Shown: positions 9,903-20,252, counted from the first letter of the stretch. The stretch is DNA of 35,421 nt from an uncultured archaeon (GCA_964632315.1 CAZWEM010000049.1:1-35421), one strand, 5' to 3'. Program-made: numbers and translations. The notes: generated by a model not told the origin, from the sequence alone.

Positions 9903-11732
9903 TTATATATTAATTTTCTGTTTAATTTGTTCTGCCAATTTACTACCAACAATTTCTGATAGCTCCTCTTTTGAAGCATTTTTAATTCCTTCAATACTTT
10001 TAAAATGATTTAACAAATGATTTCTTTTAACTGGACCGATTCCTTTGATATCATCGAGTATTGATCCATAATATCTAGTTTTTCTTTGCTTCTTATGTAA
10101 TCTTACAGCAAATCGATGCGCCTCATCCCGAATATTTTGAAAAAGTTTTAATGCTTCTGAATCAGCAGGAATTTGAAGAGGATCTTTCTTCTGTGGGACA
10201 AAGACTTCTTCTCTTTTTTTAGCTAAAGCGATAATTGGAATGTTAAGCTTTAATTTTTTTAATACAGAAACACCTATATTCAGTTGCCCTTTTCCGCCGT
10301 CTAAAATAATTAGATCGGGGAATTCTGAACCATTATCTGATAACTTTCTATATCTCCTCATCAATACTTCTCGCATCATTCCAACATCATCTGGACTCGA
10401 CTTTGATCTAATTTTATAATGCCTGTAATTATTTTTAGAGGGTTTTCCTTCTAAAAAGTATACCATTGACCCTGTAGCATCTTTTCCTTCAATATTAGAA
10501 ATATCAAACCCTTCAATCACATGTGGTTTTCTTGGTAATTTTAGCAATTGTTTTACTTCCTTTAAAGGTTCACTTACTAACTGCTCTTGATCATCTTTAA
10601 TTTTTTCCATAAGAATTTCTTGCTCAACAATCACTTTAGCATTTTTATTAGCAATTCTTAATAATCCTAATTCTTGATTATTTGGTAATCTAATTTGAAT
10701 ATTGGGATTATAATCTGATAATATTTGTCTAAAAAGATCCAAACCTTCATAAACATAAGGAATTACAATCGTATTTGGTAACTTTTTATTTGTATCTTGA
10801 TAAAACTGTTCCATTATAGCAGGAAACATCTCTTTTTTTTTAATCACTTTTTGTTTTAGTTCAATGTTGAAAGAGCTCTTGTTAATTATCCTCCCTTCTC
10901 GGATATGTATGATGACGATTGCAAAAAAGGTTTGATCATTATCAGAATAATAACCAATTATATCTTTATTTTCTTCAGTTTCAAGCAGTACGCTTTGGGA
11001 GGAAGTTGAACTTTCTATTGCCTGAAGTTTGTCTCTCCAAAAGGCAGCAGTTTCAAAATCTTGAGAATCCGCTGCTGATTTCATTTTAATGGAGATTTGA
11101 TCTTTTAACTCCTTAGTTTCACCCTTGAGAAATAATTCTATCTTTGTTACATTTTCAAGATATTCTTTTGGTGTTATTTTACTTATACAAGGCCCTGGAC
11201 ATAGATTGAGTTGATAATATAAACAAGGTCTTTTTTTACAGGAGATTGGCTTTTTGCATGAACAATATGGGAATATTTTTCTTAAATCCCTCAAGATTCT
11301 AATAATTTCTTTCTTATCTGTATAAGGACCAATGAAAGAAGTTTCGGGAGGATAATTTTCGGGATTACGGATGACCCTAATTCTTGGATATTTTTCTCCA
11401 TAAAAAATTGCGATCCAAGGATATGATTTCGAATCACGCATGAAAACATTAAATCGTGGATGAAGATTCTTGATTTGTATATTTTCTAATATATACGCTT
11501 CCTTTTCATTTTCTGTAACGAAAAATTCAATTGAATTTATCTCTTTTACCATTTCCTTTATTTTTTCTTCGTAAAAGGGATCATTGTAAGTTCTTTTTAG
11601 AAAATAAGATGAAACCCTCTTCTTAAGGTTGATAGCTTTACCTACGTATATAACTTTGCCTTCATTATTACGAAAAAGGTAAACTCCCGGTTCATTTGGT
11701 AAGCTTTTTCTTTGAAGTTCTAATTCATTCAT
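9903..11732 (-). CDS. uvrC: Excinuclease ABC subunit C
   Basis: GIY-YIG domain (PGVYLF...YVGKAINLKKRV), UVR domain, FDISN RNase H-like domain, DGGKGQ, RDEAHRFA, C-terminal HhH (IKGIGP). Confidence 0.96.
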   Translation of the reverse strand: MNELELQRKSLPNEPGVYLFRNNEGKVIYVGKAINLKKRVSSYFLKRTYNDPFYEEKIKEMVKEINSIEFFVTENEKEAYILENIQIKNLHPRFNVFMRDSKSYPWIAIFYGEKYPRIRVIRNPENYPPETSFIGPYTDKKEIIRILRDLRKIFPYCSCKKPISCKKRPCLYYQLNLCPGPCISKITPKEYLENVTKIELFLKGETKELKDQISIKMKSAADSQDFETAAFWRDKLQAIESSTSSQSVLLETEENKDIIGYYSDNDQTFFAIVIIHIREGRIINKSSFNIELKQKVIKKKEMFPAIMEQFYQDTNKKLPNTIVIPYVYEGLDLFRQILSDYNPNIQIRLPNNQELGLLRIANKNAKVIVEQEILMEKIKDDQEQLVSEPLKEVKQLLKLPRKPHVIEGFDISNIEGKDATGSMVYFLEGKPSKNNYRHYKIRSKSSPDDVGMMREVLMRRYRKLSDNGSEFPDLIILDGGKGQLNIGVSVLKKLKLNIPIIALAKKREEVFVPQKKDPLQIPADSEALKLFQNIRDEAHRFAVRLHKKQRKTRYYGSILDDIKGIGPVKRNHLLNHFKSIEGIKNASKEELSEIVGSKLAEQIKQKINI

Positions 11733-11814
11733 AGATGAACACTATCAACAAAGATTTATTTTTAAAAGGATTAATATTTATTTCTTATACGCAATTAATT
11801 TACATAGTACTTCA

Positions 11815-11994
11815 ATGACAAAAGTTAGAATATGCCCTAAATGTAGGGAACCACGATTAAAAAACATGATGAATGTTTCAGGTTGGTTAGCACCACCCTT
11901 ATTTGAATGTCTTAATTGTGGTTATGTGGGCCCTATATATTTAGAAGTTGATTCGGAGAATTTTGATTCAGAGTCAGATAATGAAAATAAATAA
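11815..11994 (+). CDS. Small zinc-ribbon protein (59 aa)
   Basis: Not in ORF track. MTKVRICPKCREPRLKNMMNVSGWLAPPLFECLNCGYVGPIYLEVDSENFDSESDNENK has two CxxC pairs, GW and CGYxG, and ends 22 nt before the next gene. Confidence 0.8.
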   Translation: MTKVRICPKCREPRLKNMMNVSGWLAPPLFECLNCGYVGPIYLEVDSENFDSESDNENK

Positions 11995-12016
11995 AACAAT
12001 TTAACAGGTAATCTTT

Positions 12017-12961
12017 ATGGAAAATCTTTTAAAAAATGCTGAAAAAATTAGATCATTAGAAATTCAAGGAGCAACTAATATTGCGACTCATGCTATAGAT
12101 TTCATCAGTCAATATGCTCAGGAATTAGAATGTAATGATATGGATTCTTTTATAAACAGAATGCTTGAAGCTAAAAAAATTTTAGAAAGCACCAGAGTTA
12201 CCGAACCAGCAATGCGAAATGGATTAAATTACATTATAAATAAACTCGATAAAGAAAGAGGATGTCTAGATATAAATGACATTTCATCCACAATCGAATC
12301 ATTAAAGAACGAATACAAAGAAATGCTAAAGAACGCAAAAAAGAAGATCGCTGAAATTGGAGCTAGGAGAATTCCAAATGTTGAAAAAGATAATGAATTC
12401 ATAATTATGACACATTGCCATAGTTCTGTAGTATCTGCAATTTTATTAGAAGCAAAAAGGCAAGGTAAAAATAATTTTAAGGTTATTAATACCGAAACCC
12501 AACCTAAACTGCAAGGGAGAAAGACAGCAAAAAAATTGCTTTCAGCTGAGATTGAAGTTATCCATATAGTCGATAGTGCAATGCGTTGGGCCGTAAATCA
12601 TTATGATGTTGATATTATCATAGTTGGAGCAGATTCTATAACATCAGAAGGAACAGTTTTGAATAAAATTGGTACTAGACTTTTAGCTCTTGTTGCTCAT
12701 GAAGAACATGTTCCATTTTATGTAGCTAGTCCCATATTGAAATATAATCCAGAAACTTCTTTTGGAATGTTAGAAGAAATTGAGATGAGAGACCCCACTG
12801 AAATATGGGATTTTCAACATGAACATTTATCAATTTTGAATCCCGCTTTTGAAACTGTTAGCAGGAGATATATAGATGGGTTAATAACAGAAGCTGGTAT
12901 CTTTGCAAGTAGTCATGTGCATAATTATTTTATTAAATTATACCCAGACTTAATAAGATAA
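12017..12961 (+). CDS. Ribose-1,5-bisphosphate isomerase (eIF-2B-like family)
   Basis: IRSLEIQGATNIA, TRVTEPAMRN, MTHCHSS, VGADSI, NKIGT, NPAFE; adjacent to form III RuBisCO. Confidence 0.88.
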   Translation: MENLLKNAEKIRSLEIQGATNIATHAIDFISQYAQELECNDMDSFINRMLEAKKILESTRVTEPAMRNGLNYIINKLDKERGCLDINDISSTIESLKNEYKEMLKNAKKKIAEIGARRIPNVEKDNEFIIMTHCHSSVVSAILLEAKRQGKNNFKVINTETQPKLQGRKTAKKLLSAEIEVIHIVDSAMRWAVNHYDVDIIIVGADSITSEGTVLNKIGTRLLALVAHEEHVPFYVASPILKYNPETSFGMLEEIEMRDPTEIWDFQHEHLSILNPAFETVSRRYIDGLITEAGIFASSHVHNYFIKLYPDLIR

Positions 12962-12964
12962 CAA

Positions 12965-14242
12965 TTAACTCCACTTTTCAAGTGCTTTAGCTAATTCCAT
13001 TTTATTTTTTGAATATTCTTTTAAACTAATTCCTTCTAAGCTTGCTTCAGTGGCTTCTCTAATTGCTTTAGCTCCTGCTAGGGTTCCGTTAGGATGCCCA
13101 TGACAACCTCCTCCGAACTGAAATACCATGTCTTTTCCAAGTAATTCAATCAATTCAGGGATGTGAAGTGGACTTAAACCTCCTGATGCTACGGGCAATA
13201 TAGGATTAATAGAGCCCCATTCTTGATCTAAAGTGGTGATATTGTTTCCCAAAATATTCTGCTCTGTAATATTTTTATTGATTTCTTGTACTTCTGCTCT
13301 ATCTCCCTCCATTTTTCCAATAATCGTCCCTGTGTGAAGTTGATCCATACCAATCAACCTCATCAATTTTGCCAGAACTAACATTGTTAGACCATGTTTT
13401 GGATTTCGAGTAAAAGCAGCATGCATGGCGCGATGAGCGTGAAGTACTAAGTTTTTATCTTCTACATAATCCCTTATCTCTTGGAGTGCTGAAAATCCCA
13501 CAGTTACAATGTCTATCATTATGTATTCACCTCCATTTTCCAATACAAAGTCTGCTCGAGATTTCATATCACTCAATTTAGCGGAAATATTTGGCATATA
13601 TATCTTTTTTTCTCCCACTTCTTCTTCAATTTTATCTCTTAATTGAAGTGTTTTTGAGACTCTTTTTTTGAAATGATTAAATTGCATATTTGTTAGATTT
13701 TCATCATCTTTGACTATATCAAGTCCTCCTAACCATGCTTGTCCGCATACTTCTGCATGTTTTTCTTCACTAAGACCAACTTTAGGTTTTACAATTGTTC
13801 CCAAAAAGGGACGATTTCTGACTTTAAGGAGTTTTCTTATTCCTTCAATTCCAAATTTAGGACCTTGATGTGCATTTAATATATCTTCAGGTAGATGGAT
13901 GTCTAACAATCTTAGGTTATCAATAACCTTCATTCCATAAATATTACCTGCAATTGCGCTTAAAATCTGAGGGATATTACCCGCTTCAAAAAGTTCTTCT
14001 GTATAAGCTATTTTTATGAGTTTTCTCTGTTTATCAATATGAAATACTGAAGGTTTAAGTCTTCTAGCTATGTCTTCCGACATCGTAGAAATTTCAGTCC
14101 ATGTCCCAATTGAGCTTTCTTTAGCAATTTCTTCAGATGCCTTTTCTAAATTATTGTTAGGCTCTTCAACATAATAAAGAACTACCAAATCTCTTTTATT
14201 TGGCATGTATGATAAATCAACATAATCGACCATAATATTCAC
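12965..14242 (-). CDS. rbcL: RuBisCO large subunit, archaeal form III
   Basis: ESSIGTW, GTIVKPKVGL, GGLDIVKDDE (carbamylated Lys motif), HAHRAMH, loop 6 GKMEG, SGG, GGGCHGHP. Confidence 0.95.
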   Translation of the reverse strand: MNIMVDYVDLSYMPNKRDLVVLYYVEEPNNNLEKASEEIAKESSIGTWTEISTMSEDIARRLKPSVFHIDKQRKLIKIAYTEELFEAGNIPQILSAIAGNIYGMKVIDNLRLLDIHLPEDILNAHQGPKFGIEGIRKLLKVRNRPFLGTIVKPKVGLSEEKHAEVCGQAWLGGLDIVKDDENLTNMQFNHFKKRVSKTLQLRDKIEEEVGEKKIYMPNISAKLSDMKSRADFVLENGGEYIMIDIVTVGFSALQEIRDYVEDKNLVLHAHRAMHAAFTRNPKHGLTMLVLAKLMRLIGMDQLHTGTIIGKMEGDRAEVQEINKNITEQNILGNNITTLDQEWGSINPILPVASGGLSPLHIPELIELLGKDMVFQFGGGCHGHPNGTLAGAKAIREATEASLEGISLKEYSKNKMELAKALEKWS

Positions 14243-14364
14243 AAACTCTCTTTTCTCTCTTTAATTATTGCAATAAAAACGAGTTAGCTTATATTTTTTA
14301 TTATCTACGATAAAAATAATAAAAAATTTATACAATCATCACTTTTCTAAAGTAAGTGATTATT

Positions 14365-14685
14365 ATGAGTAAAGCAGACGGAAAAAACTTAATTATTTAT
14401 CTTCGAGCTAGTGAAACAACGACCAAATGGAAAGAAGATTATACAAATGAGTTAACAAGATTAATCAGTGAGATGTTACCTTTAGTAAATGCCAATAGGA
14501 ATGGAAACAGAATAGAAATTGAAACACCAAACAAATTTTCGAAAAGAATTCTTAAACTTAGAATAAAGAAATTCCTGCATCAGAAAAAGTTAAAAGAAGA
14601 TTTTCGAGTTGTATCCTACAATACAGCTGAGAATGAAGGATATCAAGTTATTGAGAAAAAAATTATCGAGTTATCATACTACTAA
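14365..14685 (+). CDS. rpl22e: Ribosomal protein eL22 (L22e)
   Basis: IEIETPNKFSKRILKLRIKKFLHQKKLKEDFRVVS matches the eL22 pattern FSKRYLKYLTKKYLKK..LRDWLRVV. ATG at 14365 (GTG 14356 is an alternative). Confidence 0.85.
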   Translation: MSKADGKNLIIYLRASETTTKWKEDYTNELTRLISEMLPLVNANRNGNRIEIETPNKFSKRILKLRIKKFLHQKKLKEDFRVVSYNTAENEGYQVIEKKIIELSYY

Positions 14686-14725
14686 ACTTTTATAAATTTA
14701 TATCAAACTGTTTCTTATTTTAATT

Positions 14726-15688
14726 GTGTTTTCTAAACGAATCTCAATTAATAATTTGAATGAAGTTTTAATTTTTCTTAATTTAGCTAGTTTATTGGAG
14801 ATTTCAGGTTGGCCTAAGCCAGGAAATGTTCATCGTACTCACAACTTTCAAGACACCCGTTTTGAACATTTTTTAACTGGAATATCATCTATTCAACCAG
14901 CATTTATTGAATTTTGTTCTAAAATTTTTAATAAATATGATCCAGATGAGAATAATCTTGAAATTGTTAATATTGGAAATTTTTATTTGTCAGCAGCGAA
15001 GAAAATGATGATGTATCAAGCAGGGGGAAATGTTCTTTTAGGGCATATTCTAATTTTGGGGCCACTATCTGCAGCGATCTGTATTTGTTTAAAAAGAAAA
15101 GAATTCAGTTTTAACAATTTTAAATTGGTGTTAAGGGATTTAATCAATAAAGCAAGCGTTGAAGACACTATTTTACTTTATAAAGCAATAAAAAAGTGTA
15201 ATCCAGGAGGACTTGGTAGAATTTCAAAATATGATCTAAACGATGAAGATTCTCTAAAGGAAATTCGTAAGGATAAGATTAAACTGAAAGAGATTTTTGA
15301 AATATCGAAAGATTATGATTTGATTAGTTCTGAATATTCCACTGGATTTAATATCACCCTGACAGAAGCTCTTCCTTACTTCTTTGTTATCTACGAAAGA
15401 GAAAGAGATATTAACACTGCTTCAGTAAACACTTTTCTTAAAATTCTTTCCGATCATCCCGATACTTTGATTATTAGAAAAGTAGGAACGAAAAAAGCAA
15501 TCGAAGTATCAATAAAGGCAAAAGAAATAATTAAATATGGTGGAATTAGCTCTTCGAAGGGTCTAATGAAAACTAAAGAACTGGATAAGGAACTCCAAAA
15601 TGAAGGTGGAAAGTTAAATCCGGGTACTACAGCTGATCTCTTGGTAGGGGTTTTATTTTTAGCTTTAGTGTTTGGTTTAAGATTTTAA
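14726..15688 (+). CDS. citG: Triphosphoribosyl-dephospho-CoA synthase (CitG family)
   Basis: LEISGWPKPGNVHR, PGGLG, PDTLIIRK, NPGTTADL. Confidence 0.87.
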   Translation: MFSKRISINNLNEVLIFLNLASLLEISGWPKPGNVHRTHNFQDTRFEHFLTGISSIQPAFIEFCSKIFNKYDPDENNLEIVNIGNFYLSAAKKMMMYQAGGNVLLGHILILGPLSAAICICLKRKEFSFNNFKLVLRDLINKASVEDTILLYKAIKKCNPGGLGRISKYDLNDEDSLKEIRKDKIKLKEIFEISKDYDLISSEYSTGFNITLTEALPYFFVIYERERDINTASVNTFLKILSDHPDTLIIRKVGTKKAIEVSIKAKEIIKYGGISSSKGLMKTKELDKELQNEGGKLNPGTTADLLVGVLFLALVFGLRF

Positions 15689-15756
15689 TATAATCGAAAA
15701 ATTTTTCATTTTTCCTTCATTTAAATAAATTAAATAGAAATTTTTCAGGAAACATT

Positions 15757-16107
15757 ATGGAATTCTGTGATGAATGTGGAAATATCATGTTACCATCAAC
15801 TTTAGATGGTAAAAGGGTATTCAAATGTAAATGCGGGTATATCAAACCTTTTAACGAAGAAAGTTCAAATTCATACAAAATTAACACAAAAATCGAACAT
15901 TCTGTAAGAGAAGAGGTTACAAATCTCACTGATATAATGGAATGGAAAGAAAAAAATTTGAGAAGTTCAATCAAGGATTTTAAATGTTCCAGATGTGGTT
16001 ATAATAAAGCTCATCTTGAAACTCGTCAGACCAGAAGTGCTGATGAGGGAATGACACATTTTATTACATGTTTAAGATGTGGCAAAATGAGAAAAATAGG
16101 GAGTTAA
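15757..16107 (+). CDS. tfs: Transcription factor S (TFS / RpoM-like)
   Basis: N-terminal MEFCDECG zinc ribbon; C-terminal CSRC...QTRSADEG...CLRC with the acidic DE hairpin. Confidence 0.92.
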   Translation: MEFCDECGNIMLPSTLDGKRVFKCKCGYIKPFNEESSNSYKINTKIEHSVREEVTNLTDIMEWKEKNLRSSIKDFKCSRCGYNKAHLETRQTRSADEGMTHFITCLRCGKMRKIGS

Positions 16108-16409
16108 TCTGTCAGTAATTTAACAATATCATATTCTGTTATCGATTTGAATGTTGTCATCCTTACGCTTTTAACTTGATTTTTCAGTCCCGATATAATA
16201 TGAATCTGATCTAAATTGGATCTTAACTTCTTTTTTAATAACTTTAACAATTCAACATTAGCTTTATTTTTGCGAGGAACTGAGCATAATGAGATAGTTA
16301 TATAAGCATCTTCTAACATTGGTTTAAAAATATGCTGATTTTTTGAATTTGGCTTAATGTAAAGACTGATTATAAATTCATTTTCAGAGATTTTTTTAAT
16401 ATAATTCAT
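16104..16409 (-). CDS. DUF167 (YggU-like) protein
   Basis: IKPNSK...VPRKNKANVELLKLL...IISGLKNQVKSV. ATG at 16409 is more plausible than 16517, which would overlap the ferredoxin start. Confidence 0.82.
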   Translation of the reverse strand: MNYIKKISENEFIISLYIKPNSKNQHIFKPMLEDAYITISLCSVPRKNKANVELLKLLKKKLRSNLDQIHIISGLKNQVKSVRMTTFKSITEYDIVKLLTD

Positions 16410-16492
16410 ATACTCACAAGCATTCTTAAAAAAGTATAAATATTTTGCTTTGATCGGAAAATTAAAAATACTATTATTAATTAGGTTTAAAG

Positions 16493-16912
16493 TTGAAAGA
16501 GGAAAAATTATTTCCAATTAGTGCTAGTAAGAGTTTATGTGTACGATGCGAAAAATGCATGTATAGCTGCCCTAGTAAGGCCATTTTTTTTAAAGACTCA
16601 ATGCGTCATGTCAATTATGAAAAGTGCGAGGGATGTTTAAGGTGTGTAGAGGCTTGCGAACATGGAGCGATTGAGGTCATTTCTATAAAAGAGGGTAAAT
16701 TAAAAGGTTTTTATATTGATCAAAATAGATGTGTGCTTTGCTTGAAGTGTTTAGAACCAAATTTTTGCTTTCAAGATTTATTTAAACTCAAGGATCTTGA
16801 AAGTGATCAAAAACAAATCGAATTCAAAAACGAATTAATAGAAAATTGCTATAAATGTTTAAAATGTTTTAAAAACTGTCCCTTTAATGCTATTTTACCC
16901 CTAATCGAATAA
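16493..16912 (+). CDS. Polyferredoxin-like 4Fe-4S protein
   Basis: Four Cys clusters: CVRCEKCMYSCP, CEGCLRCVEACE, CVLCLKC....C, CYKCLKCFKNCP. Confidence 0.88.
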   Translation: MKEEKLFPISASKSLCVRCEKCMYSCPSKAIFFKDSMRHVNYEKCEGCLRCVEACEHGAIEVISIKEGKLKGFYIDQNRCVLCLKCLEPNFCFQDLFKLKDLESDQKQIEFKNELIENCYKCLKCFKNCPFNAILPLIE

Positions 16913-16919
16913 CTTCTTA

Positions 16920-18302
16920 CTAAAAGAAATTATCTACATTTTCTTTTAATTGATTGTAGGAGGGAATTGAAAGCCTAATTCCTCCCGCTAATTTATGGCC
17001 CCCTCCCATACCACCTAATGAATCCTTAATCTTTGAAATTACTTGATTAACTCCTACACCTTTATTGGATTTTAAGTATTGTCTTGAGCATCTTATACTT
17101 ATTTTCATCATTTGGGTTTTTTTTTCAAGCCCTCCAAGAAATAACATCTTATTAGGATCTAATAAATTATTAACGCTACAAAAACTTGCAGTGTCGGACC
17201 AATTACTTGGGGGAATCTTTCCATTCCCAGCGTCAATGAAAATGGCTTTTTCTGTTTCAAGGTGAGGTATGTCTTTGGATATTTTCTTAAGATTTTTTGA
17301 CAATGTTTTTATATAGTCATAATACATCTCTTTTGCATATCGGGTAATATTCCGTTGTTGAATGATTGATAGGGCAGAACTGATGTTTTTGAATGAAAGA
17401 ATATTTAGTAATAGAGCATGTTCAAAGGCAAAACTCAAAATCCCTTGTTTTTGAGGTAAGAGTGCGTAATGTCCTTTACTCGCATTGGTGAGAGACACTA
17501 TCTTTTCTATCTCTGAAGATTTCAATTCAATTACCTTTTTATTAGGAATGATGTTATTTTGTGTCAGAAATTCCTTAATTTTATCATCAGATTCTCCACT
17601 TAAATTTTTAACATGGGGCAAAATACTATATTTTAGCCCATTTTTAATAGTTTCATGCATTGACCCGAATAATATTAAACCTTCTCGATCGATTATTACC
17701 TCTTCATCCCTAATCTCTTCATAGATCTCTTTATTATAAGATTTAAGCATATCCATTGACCTCAGCGAATCTCCAGCTATACCAATAATAGTTAACCATC
17801 CATATTTAATAATTGATGGATCTATACTCTTAGCAAACATATAAGCTAAAGTTGAACCCGCGATATGGTCTAACCCATCAAAATTATAAATAGTTGGATT
17901 TACAAAGTAGAGATTTTCAGGAATTTTATCAAATTCACAATAATTTTCAACCTCATGATGGTCAAGAATGTAAAAATCCTCTTTTCTTTCTTTTATTATA
18001 GGTACTAGTTCTTCTAATGAAGAGCCCACATCAGTGAAAATTAATGCTCCCTTCTTTTCACTAGATTTTGGTAAAATTCCTTTTAAATAATTTGACCAAG
18101 AACTAGATCTATTATAAATAAAATAATCGTGTTCTAAATGGAGTTTATAGAGAACATTCTGAATTAATTTTAAACTACTAATTCCATCTGCATCGTTATG
18201 GGATATTATAATTGTTTTATTATAATTATGTGAATTATCAACAAATGAATCTATTGCATTATTGAGTTTTTCTAAAAATTTTTTATGATTCGGTTTTGTC
18301 AT
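16920..18302 (-). CDS. DHH/DHHA1 phosphoesterase, archaeal RecJ/GAN/Cdc45-like
   Basis: SHNDADG, TDVGS, LDHH, VNP, GIAGD, C-terminal GGGHKLAGG. Confidence 0.87.
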   Translation of the reverse strand: MTKPNHKKFLEKLNNAIDSFVDNSHNYNKTIIISHNDADGISSLKLIQNVLYKLHLEHDYFIYNRSSSWSNYLKGILPKSSEKKGALIFTDVGSSLEELVPIIKERKEDFYILDHHEVENYCEFDKIPENLYFVNPTIYNFDGLDHIAGSTLAYMFAKSIDPSIIKYGWLTIIGIAGDSLRSMDMLKSYNKEIYEEIRDEEVIIDREGLILFGSMHETIKNGLKYSILPHVKNLSGESDDKIKEFLTQNNIIPNKKVIELKSSEIEKIVSLTNASKGHYALLPQKQGILSFAFEHALLLNILSFKNISSALSIIQQRNITRYAKEMYYDYIKTLSKNLKKISKDIPHLETEKAIFIDAGNGKIPPSNWSDTASFCSVNNLLDPNKMLFLGGLEKKTQMMKISIRCSRQYLKSNKGVGVNQVISKIKDSLGGMGGGHKLAGGIRLSIPSYNQLKENVDNFF

Positions 18303-18556
18303 CTTTCACATCAATCAGAAACAAAATTCAAGAATAATTTTAGCTTATATTTATTTTCCTACTAAGATTTTTATAAGCCTTCCACTTATCTAATTTTTCC
18401 CATAAAGGGGATTTTAAACAAAATAAAAATAAATCTAATAAATATAAATATTCCTATAATATCGCGATTTTATAGAAAATTGATATGAAACTTAAAATCT
18501 AAGGAAAAATTAATTAATTTGATTAAATTTTTACTTTTAAGAATAATTCTTAAGGA

Positions 18557-20245
18557 ATGATAATGAGTAAAAACCCGATGAAATACTTTATAATCGGAAT
18601 TCTTTTAATCTCATTTGTTATTCCATATTTTGAGGTTAGTGTGAATGGTTCTAGAGGATCCAGCACAGAAATTCCACAATATCAATCATTTTCAAAAGAA
18701 GATTATACTTCTATATTAGAAGAAAAGTCTCAAGGATTAGGAAACATAACGCTTACAGACGTTGCGTTTAATGAAAAAGGTTTTTTTAACAATAGTCAAT
18801 TACACCCAGATCTTGAAGATGATTTGACCACAGGCTCTTTAAATATGACTTATATGAAAACTGATTATTTAGAAACTGTTTCTGTGGCTCAGTATGATAA
18901 TTTAGACTCTTCGATTCCAGAATCTAAAAAGATTAAAATACTATTGAACGAATCAGTGAGGATAGCATATAATCATTCTATAATAGGGTCGGAAGGTTAT
19001 TTAATATATGGATTGAGGCTTTCTCCAGTCACAATTAAAGAAATTTATGTTCAAAATCAATCCATCGATCCAATTATTAAATTATCTGAAGGGCAATATT
19101 CAATTGATAGTGCAAATTTCTTAAATTTCGATTATTATGATTATTTTCAAATCGATCAAAATAACTTTTCTATGTATATTCTTTATGAGTATAATCTTAA
19201 TATTGGACAATGGATTTTAGTACAAGATCCTGAAGAAGACTTTCTACTGAAACAACAGGAAGAGTCTTTTATTCCAACGTTTACATATAATTTCACTATA
19301 TCGGGAAGTGAGTATAATAAAACTCTCGGTGAAATTATTCCAGCGTATAATCTTAAGATGAACCTTGAATTAAATTTACCAGATAAAGATCAATTGTTAG
19401 GTCAATCTTTATGGATTAATGACCTTGAAATTGAAGATTTCTTGAATACGGATAATGTTGTTAACTTTTCATGCTATGCCGATTATAGTGAAGTTAAAGT
19501 ACAATTTAATGCCAATTTTACCATACAATTTCAAGATCCTGTAGATTATTCATGGGCTATAGACAGATTAGTCGATCTCAGCGATGTGAGAGAAAGGATC
19601 TATTTTCCTAAATTAATATCTGGTCCAGATCATATTTTCTTAGAAAACCTTTACATTTTCGAAAATACAATCACAATTGGCCAAGTAACGAGTAATAGTT
19701 CATTATTTGATCGACAGGTAAATGTATTTGATGCAAACGTCTCTATCATTCAAGAAGCACTCGAAAAAAGTTTAATTTTTACGAAAAATTCGATAAAGAA
19801 AAAAGGTTTAAGGGTGATCTTACCTTTTATCATAAAGGGAGAAACAGTTCCATTCACAATAAAGTACAAGGCTTCTAATGACCTAAGATTGATCATTACT
19901 GATGGAATACATATGCCGTTAACAGGGATGAAGATTGAATTATATTATTTTGAGAAACCATATGGTACATATATCTCTAATGAACTAGTTCAACCTATGG
20001 CTCCCGCATTTTCAGATCAAAACGGAGAAGTTTTAATAAAAAATGTCCCAAATGGAAATTATCATTTAAAGGTATTTCAAAACAACCAAGTATTGTTAGA
20101 AACAGAAGTATCTGCTTTAGAGGATGTAAATTATATAACCACTGATATATTTCATTTTCCAATTATCATTATGATATTTAGCATAATTTATGGTATGATC
20201 TTATTAATAGGATTGGTAATTTATTTAAAAAATCGAAGAAGTTAG
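18557..20245 (+). CDS. Secreted, C-terminally membrane-anchored hypothetical protein
   Basis: N-terminal hydrophobic signal, beta-rich body, carboxypeptidase-regulatory-like motif (SDQNGEV...VPNGNY), C-terminal TM helix followed by KNRRS. Confidence 0.75.
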   Translation: MIMSKNPMKYFIIGILLISFVIPYFEVSVNGSRGSSTEIPQYQSFSKEDYTSILEEKSQGLGNITLTDVAFNEKGFFNNSQLHPDLEDDLTTGSLNMTYMKTDYLETVSVAQYDNLDSSIPESKKIKILLNESVRIAYNHSIIGSEGYLIYGLRLSPVTIKEIYVQNQSIDPIIKLSEGQYSIDSANFLNFDYYDYFQIDQNNFSMYILYEYNLNIGQWILVQDPEEDFLLKQQEESFIPTFTYNFTISGSEYNKTLGEIIPAYNLKMNLELNLPDKDQLLGQSLWINDLEIEDFLNTDNVVNFSCYADYSEVKVQFNANFTIQFQDPVDYSWAIDRLVDLSDVRERIYFPKLISGPDHIFLENLYIFENTITIGQVTSNSSLFDRQVNVFDANVSIIQEALEKSLIFTKNSIKKKGLRVILPFIIKGETVPFTIKYKASNDLRLIITDGIHMPLTGMKIELYYFEKPYGTYISNELVQPMAPAFSDQNGEVLIKNVPNGNYHLKVFQNNQVLLETEVSALEDVNYITTDIFHFPIIIMIFSIIYGMILLIGLVIYLKNRRS

Positions 20246-20252
20246 CATAAAA

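Noticed and set aside
12017-12961. Translation factor eIF-2B subunit
   Set aside because: Same fold, but the QGA, R.TEP and THCHS motifs and the RuBisCO neighbour favour ribose-1,5-bisphosphate isomerase.
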